Assembly (NCBI GenBank): GCA_964652025.1 | Contig: CAZYZX010000006.1 | Span: forward strand, 83,997 to 147,996 | Reading direction: 5' to 3' | Source: an uncultured Melioribacteraceae bacterium | Lineage (GTDB): Bacteria; Bacteroidota; Ignavibacteria; Ignavibacteriales; Melioribacteraceae | Length of the DNA stretch: 64,000 nucleotides | In this document: in pieces, positions 57,148-64,000 of the stretch | How positions within the stretch are numbered: the first letter of the stretch is position 1 | Layout: each line of letters opens with the position of its first letter | Program-made: the position numbers and the translations under genes | Notes under the pieces: generated by a model | What the model saw: only the letters and a program-made list of their open reading frames with translations | The model's database searches: none | Told to the model about the DNA's origin: nothing

Positions 57148-58005
57148 ATGTGGATAATTTTTGCATTATTAAATCCCTTAAGTGAAGCGATAAGAAGCCT
57201 AATAAGTAAAAGAACAAGTGAAAAAGTTGACCCATATATTATTGCTTGGTTTAATTATTTGTTGCCTTTTACTCTTTTTGTGCCTGGTATATTTTTTATA
57301 GAGCTAAAATTTAACTATAATTTTTGGCAAGCGGTAATAATAAGTGGATTAATTAATCTTACTGCTACAATCTTTTATAATAAAGCTTTAGCTTACGGTA
57401 ATATATCTTCTGTAATGCCAATGTTAAGTTTTACACCACTATTTATGTTAGTAACTTCACCAATTTTAATAGGAGAGTTTCCTAACATATATGGGTTAAC
57501 AGGAATTGTTTTAATAGTTTTAGGGTCATATCTGTTAAATTTTAATTCAATAAAAAATGGATTTTTAGAACCTTTCAAATCTTTAATAAAAAATAAAGGC
57601 ACAAAATATATGTTATTTGTAGCTTTTATATGGAGTATTTCTGCAAATTTTGATAAAATATCTATTAAAAGTTCGTCAGTTTATCAACACTTAATTTTTA
57701 TAAACATAATTGTGTTTAGTTTAATGACCTTATTACTTATATTTCAAAAGCGTTTTAATTTTAGTGTTATAAAAGAAAATAAGACAAATCTTTTTGCAAT
57801 TAGTGGTTTAGCGGTTAGCTCGTTTATTTTTCACATGGTTGCGCTTTCTTTAACGTTGGTAGCATATGTAATAGCATTAAAAAGATTAAGTGGCTTAATT
57901 TCTGTATTTTTTGGATATTATTTTTTAAAGGAGAAAAAAATTAAGGAAAAACTTTTAGGTGCAACTATAATGTTTATTGGAGTTGTTTTAATAGTTTTAT
58001 CTTAA
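57148..58005 (+). CDS. EamA/DMT superfamily transporter
   Basis: 285 aa with about 10 TM segments in two similar halves and a typical EamA C-terminal end (KEKLLGATIMFIGVVLIVLS). Confidence 0.75.
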   Translation: MWIIFALLNPLSEAIRSLISKRTSEKVDPYIIAWFNYLLPFTLFVPGIFFIELKFNYNFWQAVIISGLINLTATIFYNKALAYGNISSVMPMLSFTPLFMLVTSPILIGEFPNIYGLTGIVLIVLGSYLLNFNSIKNGFLEPFKSLIKNKGTKYMLFVAFIWSISANFDKISIKSSSVYQHLIFINIIVFSLMTLLLIFQKRFNFSVIKENKTNLFAISGLAVSSFIFHMVALSLTLVAYVIALKRLSGLISVFFGYYFLKEKKIKEKLLGATIMFIGVVLIVLS

Positions 58006-58067
58006 GATGTTAAACTTTAAATTAATATTTTGAGTTATTTATAAAAACAAGAAAAAAAGGGAAATTT

Positions 58068-59468
58068 ATGGATAAAAATTATGATATTGCAATCTTAGGT
58101 GGAGGCCCAGGTGGGTATGTTGCCGCAATTAGGTCTGCGCAATTAGGTTTTAAAACTGTTGTTATTGATAAAGATAATTTAGGCGGTATTTGCTTAAATT
58201 GGGGCTGTATTCCTACAAAATCTTTATTAAAAAATGCAGAGCACTATGATAACTTAAAGAACCATGCAGAAGATTTTGGACTTAAGGTGGAAGGATTAAG
58301 TTTTGATTTTTCTAAGATAATTAAAAGAAGCCGCGAAATATCTGAAAAGATAAGTAGAAATGTAGAGATGTTAATTAAAAAGAATAAAGTTGATAGATTA
58401 CGCGGATTTGGAAAATTTATTGATAAAAGTAAATTAGAAGTAACTTTAGAAAATGGTAATAAAGAAATTGTAACAGCAAAAAATATAATTATTGCAACAG
58501 GAGCAAGACCAAGAACTTTACCCAATATACCAATTGATAGAAAAAACATTATTACCAGTAGCGAAGCTATGACTTTAGAAAGCATGCTAAAAGATTTAAT
58601 TGTTATTGGTGCGGGAGCTATTGGAGTAGAGTTTGCATATTTTTATTCTGTTTTAGGTACTAAAGTTACTATTATTGAGATGTTAGATCAAATTTTGCCA
58701 ATTGAAGATAAAGAAATTAGTGAGGCATTGGCAAAAAGTTTTAAGAAGCGAGGAATACAGATTTATACGAGTACTAAAGTTGTAAAAGCGGAAGTTGAAG
58801 ATAATTATGTTAAAGTAACTATAGAAAAAGATGGTAAAGTTGAAGAACTTAAGGCAGAAAAAGTATTAAGTGCAATTGGAGTAGTTGGGAATATTGAAAA
58901 TATAGGACTTGAAGAGATTGGGGTAGAAACTTATAAAAATTCAATAGTGGTAAATAGAGAAGATTACTCTACAAATGTTAACGGGATTTATGCAATAGGA
59001 GACGTAATTGGTGCCCCATGGTTAGCCCACGTTGCAAGTGCAGAAGGTATTACGTGTGTTGAAAAAATAAAAGGATTACACACACCAAAAGTTGACTATG
59101 GCAGTATACCAGGTTGTACATATTGCCAGCCACAAGTTGCAAGCATTGGTTTAACAGAACAAAAGGCTAAAGAAAAAGGGTATGAAATTAAAGTAGGTAA
59201 GTTTCCATTTATGGCAAGTGGAAAAGCTTTTGCTATAGGGGAACGCGATGGATTTGTAAAGTTAATTTTTGACGCAAAATATGGCGAGCTTTTAGGTGCG
59301 CACATTATTGGCTCGGAAGCTACTGAAATGATAGCTGAATTGGGTTTAGCTAAAACTTTAGAAGCTACACCAGAAACGATTATTAAAACAATCCATGCAC
59401 ATCCAACATTATCAGAATCAATTATGGAAGCAGCAGCAAATGCACTCGGTGAATCAATCCACATCTAA
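58068..59468 (+). CDS. lpdA: Dihydrolipoyl dehydrogenase (E3)
   Basis: 466 aa with ILGGGPGGYVAAIRSAQLG, the redox disulfide GGICLNWGCIPTK, VIGAGAIGVEFA, and HAHPTLSE near the C-terminus. Confidence 0.92.
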   Translation: MDKNYDIAILGGGPGGYVAAIRSAQLGFKTVVIDKDNLGGICLNWGCIPTKSLLKNAEHYDNLKNHAEDFGLKVEGLSFDFSKIIKRSREISEKISRNVEMLIKKNKVDRLRGFGKFIDKSKLEVTLENGNKEIVTAKNIIIATGARPRTLPNIPIDRKNIITSSEAMTLESMLKDLIVIGAGAIGVEFAYFYSVLGTKVTIIEMLDQILPIEDKEISEALAKSFKKRGIQIYTSTKVVKAEVEDNYVKVTIEKDGKVEELKAEKVLSAIGVVGNIENIGLEEIGVETYKNSIVVNREDYSTNVNGIYAIGDVIGAPWLAHVASAEGITCVEKIKGLHTPKVDYGSIPGCTYCQPQVASIGLTEQKAKEKGYEIKVGKFPFMASGKAFAIGERDGFVKLIFDAKYGELLGAHIIGSEATEMIAELGLAKTLEATPETIIKTIHAHPTLSESIMEAAANALGESIHI

Positions 59469-60150
59469 AAATTTAGATTACTGTGATTTAGGTTTAATTG
59501 ATTACGCTAAAGCATGGGATTTGCAAAAATTAGTTTTTGAAAAAAGGGTTAATAATACTATTAATGATACTTTTTTCATGTTAGAGCATCCTAACACTTA
59601 CACTTTAGGAAAAACTGCTGATAAAGGAAATTTAATAGGTGATGAAAGTTTTTTGAATGATAAAGGAATTTCTGTTTTTGAAATTGATAGAGGTGGTGAT
59701 ATTACATATCATGGACCAGGGCAAATTGTAGGTTATCCAATAATTGATTTAAAGAATTGGAAGCAAGATGCTCATCTTTATTTAAGAACTTTAGAAGAAA
59801 CTATTATAAAAGTCTGCAATAATTATGGTTTAGAGGCAACAAGAAAAGAAAAATATACAGGTGTTTGGATAGGCGAACGCAAAATTTGTGCAATTGGCGT
59901 AAAAATTAGTAGATGGGTTACTATGCACGGCTTTGCATTTAATATTAATACCAATTTAGAATTATTCAATGGCATAATTCCATGTGGAATTAAAGATAAA
60001 GAAGTTACATCACTTGAAAAAGAATTAGGTAAAAAAATTGAAGTACAAGAAGTTAAAGATAAAATATTAACTGAATTTAAAGAACAATTTAATTATCAAA
60101 AAGTAACAACACAAAATTCGTCCGAATATTTAAATTTACTAAAGGGGTAA
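59440..60150 (+). CDS. lipB: Octanoyltransferase (lipoyl(octanoyl) transferase)
   Basis: The ORF track starts at 59395. I prefer ATG 59440 (a 29-nt overlap with lpdA; no start codon exists after the lpdA stop and before the conserved region). Motifs are LEHPNTYTLG, DRGGDITYHGPGQIVGYP, KICAIGVKISRWVTMHGFAFN and IPCG. Confidence 0.88.
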   Translation: MHSVNQSTSKNLDYCDLGLIDYAKAWDLQKLVFEKRVNNTINDTFFMLEHPNTYTLGKTADKGNLIGDESFLNDKGISVFEIDRGGDITYHGPGQIVGYPIIDLKNWKQDAHLYLRTLEETIIKVCNNYGLEATRKEKYTGVWIGERKICAIGVKISRWVTMHGFAFNINTNLELFNGIIPCGIKDKEVTSLEKELGKKIEVQEVKDKILTEFKEQFNYQKVTTQNSSEYLNLLKG

Positions 60151-60151
60151 C

Positions 60152-62230
60152 ATGGAAAAAGCTACAAAAGTAAAAAAAGAAAGTAAAGAAAATAGACCAA
60201 CAGGGAAAATAGACAGTTTTGGAGGCTTAACCAAAAACGAGCTAATGAATGCCTTAACATTAATGTATTTAGCAAGGCAAATAGATCACAAAATAATGAA
60301 TTTGATAAAACAGGGAAAAGCCTTTTTTCATATAGCAGGAGCAGGTCACGAAGCAACACAAATAGCATTTGGCTTAAATTTAACTGCAAAAAAAGATTGG
60401 GGATTTCCGTATTATAGGGATATGGCGTTTATGCTTGCATTAGGAACAAAACCTGAAGAAGTATTTTTGCAAGCATTAGCAAAGGAAACCGACTTAATGA
60501 CTGGAGGAAGGCAGATGCCTTGCCACTGGGGAAGTAAAGAGTTAAATGTTCCAACACAATCTAGCCCAACAGGAACACAATTTTTACAAGCAGTAGGGGC
60601 AGCATTAGCAGCAAGAAAAAAAGGAAGTGATGCGGTTGTATACGTTAGTAGTGGTGAAGGTACAACAAGCCAAGGTGAGTTTCACGAAGCAGTTAATTGG
60701 GCTGCTAGAGAAAAATTACCCGTCATTTTTGTTATTCAAAATAATAAATGGGCTATATCTGTTCCTGTTCAAAACCAAACTGCCGGCAAAAATGCTTCCG
60801 TTTTAGAAATGATGAAAGGATATGATAACTTGTTAAGACTATCTGTTGATGGAACAGATTTTTTAGCTGTTAATGCTGTTGCTAATAGTGCGATTAAATA
60901 TGCAAGACAAGGGAAAGGTCCAGTTTTGGTAGAAGCAAACGTTGTTAGGTTATTTTCCCATAGTTCTTCCGATGATCAAAAGAAATATAGAGATGAAAAA
61001 TCTTTACAAGAAGATTTACAAAGAGATCCAATAAATCAATTTGCTAATTTATTAATTAAAAAAGGAATTCTTACAGAGCTTGCATTTGAAGAATTAAAAA
61101 ATGAGGTAAATAGAAGAGTAAACGAAGCTGCGGACTGGGCATTAAAAGAACCTGAACCAAAGCCTGAGACAGCAGAATTATTTGTTTTTGATGAAAGTGG
61201 GAAAAAGGACAGATTGATTTATGAAAAAAATGAAAATGAAGGGAAACCAATAGTTCTTGTAGATGCTATTAACCATGCATTACACGAAGAAATGGAGTTT
61301 AACGATAAAATTTATGTTTTTGGTGAAGATGTTGCAGATGGGAAAGGGGGAGTTTTTACAAGTACAAAGGGACTTTCTACAAAGTTTGGAAATGATAGAG
61401 TATTTAATTCACCTTTAGCAGAAGCAAGTATTGTTGGTGTGGCAACCGGAATGGCTTTAGCTGGACTAAAACCGTGCGTCGAAATTCAATTTGGGGATTA
61501 TATTTATCCGGCATTTATGCAAATTAGAGATGAGCTAACAATGTATAGATATCGCTCTAATAATCTTTTTGAAGCGCCCGTTGTTATAAGAGTCGCAGTT
61601 GGTGGTTACATTCATGGTGGTTTGTATCATAGTCAAAATATCGAAGGTTTTTTTGCTCATATGCCCGGATTATATATTGTTTATCCAAGCAATGCAGCAG
61701 ACGCAAAAGGGTTGCTTAAAACAGCGCTAAGGTTAAATGATCCGGTATTGTTTTTAGAACACAAAGGACTTTATAGGCAAAGTTATGCAGTTTCTCCTGA
61801 ACCAGATAAGGATTACTTAATTCCATTTGGTAAAGCTAATATTGTTAAAAAAGGAGAAGATCTAACAGTTATTACTTATGGTGCAATGGTTCATGAAACA
61901 AACTTTGCAATGAAAAAATTAGAGGAAGAAGGCTATAGTATAGAATTAATTGATATAAGAACTATTATACCTCTTGATACTGAGACGATTATAAATTCTG
62001 TTAAAAAGACAGGTAAAGCAATAGTTATACATGAAGATACACTTACAGCTGGATTTGGTGCAGAAATAGCAGCAAGAATAGCAGATCTTGCTTTTGAATA
62101 TTTAGATGGACCAGTTAAAAGAATAGCTGCCAAAGATACACCAATACCATATCATCCAAATTTGGAAAATGTTGTTTTGCCAAATCGAGAAAGAGTTTAT
62201 AAAGAATTAAAAAATTTATTAAATTACTAA
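60152..62230 (+). CDS. 2-oxoacid dehydrogenase E1 component, fused alpha-beta subunits (branched-chain/pyruvate type; substrate not assignable)
   Basis: 692 aa. The alpha part has YRDMAFMLALG and the ThDP motif SGEGTTSQGEFHEAVNWAAREKLPVIFVIQNNKWAIS. The beta part has VFGEDVADGKGGVF, RVFNSPLAEASIVGVATGMALAG and IQFGDYIYPAF. Confidence 0.88.
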   Translation: MEKATKVKKESKENRPTGKIDSFGGLTKNELMNALTLMYLARQIDHKIMNLIKQGKAFFHIAGAGHEATQIAFGLNLTAKKDWGFPYYRDMAFMLALGTKPEEVFLQALAKETDLMTGGRQMPCHWGSKELNVPTQSSPTGTQFLQAVGAALAARKKGSDAVVYVSSGEGTTSQGEFHEAVNWAAREKLPVIFVIQNNKWAISVPVQNQTAGKNASVLEMMKGYDNLLRLSVDGTDFLAVNAVANSAIKYARQGKGPVLVEANVVRLFSHSSSDDQKKYRDEKSLQEDLQRDPINQFANLLIKKGILTELAFEELKNEVNRRVNEAADWALKEPEPKPETAELFVFDESGKKDRLIYEKNENEGKPIVLVDAINHALHEEMEFNDKIYVFGEDVADGKGGVFTSTKGLSTKFGNDRVFNSPLAEASIVGVATGMALAGLKPCVEIQFGDYIYPAFMQIRDELTMYRYRSNNLFEAPVVIRVAVGGYIHGGLYHSQNIEGFFAHMPGLYIVYPSNAADAKGLLKTALRLNDPVLFLEHKGLYRQSYAVSPEPDKDYLIPFGKANIVKKGEDLTVITYGAMVHETNFAMKKLEEEGYSIELIDIRTIIPLDTETIINSVKKTGKAIVIHEDTLTAGFGAEIAARIADLAFEYLDGPVKRIAAKDTPIPYHPNLENVVLPNRERVYKELKNLLNY

Positions 62231-62251
62231 TCTATTTTAGGAGTTTGTGCA

Positions 62252-63850
62252 ATGAAAGTTGAAATAGTTATGCCCAAAATGGGTGAAAGTATTAGTGAAG
62301 GTACTTTAATAAAATGGCACAAAAAACAGGGTGACTTAGTTAAAAAAGATGAGATTATTTTTGAGATAAGTACAGATAAAGTTGATACAGAAATACCAAG
62401 TCCAGAAAGTGGTATATTAACAGAAATTAAAGTATTAGAACAAGAAACGGTTGAAGTAGGTACAGTTGTTGCAATAATAGAAACAGAGCAAAGCAAAACA
62501 GAAGAGATTAAAGAATTAGTACCAGAAGTACCGTCTACATCTCAGGTTGGTGGAGAGGTTATAGATATTCCTATGCCAAAGATGGGTGAATCTGTTATGG
62601 AAGGAACGATTGTTAAATGGCATAAAAAAGTTGGTGATGCTGTTAAACGTGATGAAATAATTTTTGAAATTAGCACCGATAAAGTAGATACCGAAGTTCC
62701 ATCTCCAGCTGAGGGGGTATTATCTGAAATATTGTTTAAAGAAAATGATGTTGTACCGGTTGGTGTAACAGTGGCTAAAATTACCTCTACAACGGGAATT
62801 GTTAAAACACCAGTTTCTAAACCAGTTGAACCTGCAGTTAAAAAGCAAGAACCACCAAAAGTGGAAACAGCAGCAGAACCGGTTAAAATTAGTATTCAAA
62901 AGCCAGAAGATTCTAATCAATTCTTCTCTCCATTGGTATTAAATATTGCTGCTAAAGAAGGTATTTCATTAAATGAATTACAGCAAATTAAAGGCACGGG
63001 AATAAATAACCGAGTGACGAAGAACGATGTTCTAAATTATATAAAAGATAAAAAAGAAAATAAACCTGTAACTGCAAAGGTTGAAGAAAAGCCAGTTAAG
63101 CAAGAAGTAACAGCAACCAAAATTGATTTTGATTTTTCTAAAGTTGAAACTGAAGTTATACCAATGAATAACATTCGTCAAAAGATTATGAACCATATGG
63201 TTTATAGTCGCGATACTTCTGTTCATGTAAGTGCTGTAATTGAAGTGGATATGCAAAAAATCCATAATTATATTCAAAAAAATAAAGAATTATTATTGCA
63301 AAAAGAGGGTATTAAATTAACTTATATGCCTTTTATTGCATATGCAACTATAAAAGCATTAAGAGAATTTCCATTAGTTAATTCATCAATAAACAATAAT
63401 GATATTATTATTAAGAAAAATATTAACTTAGGTATTGCTGTTGCTGTAGAACCTAATGGTTTAATTGTACCAAATATAAAAAATGCAGATGAAAAGAATA
63501 TTAAAGGTTTGGCAAAAAGTATATTAGAACTAAGCAACAAAGCCAGAAATAAAGGACTTACACCTGATGACGTTGCGGGTGGAACATTTACAATTACAAA
63601 TTATGGTGTGTTTGGTTCACTTTTTGGAACTCCAATTATTAATCAGCCCGAAGTTGCAATTTTGGGGGTTGGTGCCGTTGTTAAAAAGCCAGTTGTTGTA
63701 GAGCTTGATGGCATGGATACAATAGCAATTAAACCAATGATGTATTTATCTTTAAGCCATGACCATAGATTAATTGACGGTATGCTTGGAGGAAGATTCT
63801 TAAAATATATTAAAGATACTTTAGAAAATTTTGATACAACAAATGTTTAA
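62252..63850 (+). CDS. Dihydrolipoamide acyltransferase (E2) with two tandem lipoyl domains
   Basis: 532 aa. It has two lipoyl domains (EISTDKVDTEIPSP and EISTDKVDTEVPSP), a subunit-binding domain (SPLVLNIAAKEGISLNELQQIKGTG) and the catalytic motif SLSHDHRLIDG. SD AGGAG lies at 62239-62243. Confidence 0.9.
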   Translation: MKVEIVMPKMGESISEGTLIKWHKKQGDLVKKDEIIFEISTDKVDTEIPSPESGILTEIKVLEQETVEVGTVVAIIETEQSKTEEIKELVPEVPSTSQVGGEVIDIPMPKMGESVMEGTIVKWHKKVGDAVKRDEIIFEISTDKVDTEVPSPAEGVLSEILFKENDVVPVGVTVAKITSTTGIVKTPVSKPVEPAVKKQEPPKVETAAEPVKISIQKPEDSNQFFSPLVLNIAAKEGISLNELQQIKGTGINNRVTKNDVLNYIKDKKENKPVTAKVEEKPVKQEVTATKIDFDFSKVETEVIPMNNIRQKIMNHMVYSRDTSVHVSAVIEVDMQKIHNYIQKNKELLLQKEGIKLTYMPFIAYATIKALREFPLVNSSINNNDIIIKKNINLGIAVAVEPNGLIVPNIKNADEKNIKGLAKSILELSNKARNKGLTPDDVAGGTFTITNYGVFGSLFGTPIINQPEVAILGVGAVVKKPVVVELDGMDTIAIKPMMYLSLSHDHRLIDGMLGGRFLKYIKDTLENFDTTNV

Positions 63851-63871
63851 TAAAATATAAAGGTAAAAAAA

Positions 63872-64000
63872 TTGATTATTAATCAACATCAACAGAAATT
63901 TAAGGAAGAAGTAGAAAAAACTATTGAGTTGGGTAAACGCCCGGATTGGTTAAAAGTAAAACTACCAACAGGGCAAAATTATAAAGATGTTTATCATTTA
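63872..64000 (+). CDS. lipA: Lipoyl synthase, 5' end (truncated by the window edge)
   Basis: Not in the ORF track. An open frame from TTG 63872 (AAGGT at 63860-63864) reads LIINQHQQKFKEEVEKTIELGKRPDWLKVKLPTGQNYKDVYHL. KRPDWLKVKLP.G..Y is the conserved LipA N-terminal motif. Confidence 0.7.
   Translation, partial: MIINQHQQKFKEEVEKTIELGKRPDWLKVKLPTGQNYKDVYHL

Noticed and set aside
1-64000. Looked for mobile elements, prophage, toxin-antitoxin pairs, restriction-modification, CRISPR-Cas, retron/DGR reverse transcriptases or other defence islands
   Set aside because: No integrase, transposase, RT, nuclease-ATPase pair, terminal inverted repeats or tRNA-flanked boundary was seen. The single XRE regulator has no small partner ORF. 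The window appears to be core chromosome.

Overview
Visibly AT-rich chromosomal segment with dense coding. Gene content points to an FCB-superphylum bacterium (Ignavibacteria/Chlorobi/Bacteroidota-like): T9SS C-terminal sorting domains (NYPNPFNPTTTI...), an LpxC-FabZ fusion and a fused E1 alpha-beta 2-oxoacid dehydrogenase. All calls were made by eye from the ORF track and motifs; no searches were run.

Gene order:
- Three consecutive T9SS cargo genes with an embedded XRE regulator (1-5810).
- Convergent MATE and MFS transporters.
- A small hypothetical gene.
- A complete hisG-D-C-B-H-A-F-IE operon preceded by a His-rich leader peptide and terminator/antiterminator (9235-16086).
- An M28 peptidase and a DUF255 thioredoxin-domain protein.
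- A ~20.8 kb uninterrupted + strand run: uppS, bamA, skp x2, lpxD, lpxC-fabZ, lpxA, an LplA-like transferase, an orphan propeller, hldA, hldC, tamB, rnr and a peptidase-PD40-Omp85 barrel protein (19880-40607).
- A TPR protein, a K/E-rich membrane-anchored protein and a long RecQ.
- hbd-ackA, then a MarC/SDR/FAD oxidoreductase trio.
- A PrpD-family / CitD-CitE fusion / CitF operon with an output-less multi-PAS protein upstream.
- An EamA transporter.
- lpdA-lipB-E1ab-E2-lipA.

I found no rRNA, tRNA, CRISPR, transposase, integrase, phage or recognisable defence genes. The window is mostly core metabolism and envelope biogenesis, and I cannot honestly point to a clear-cut new system. The best candidates for follow-up are:
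1. The PrpD-CitDE-CitF operon, which lacks citC/citX/citG.
2. The Omp85 barrel whose periplasmic part is a putative HExxH peptidase plus PD40 propeller, co-oriented with tamB.
3. The his leader-peptide attenuator.
4. The degenerate phosphatase remnant on HisB.
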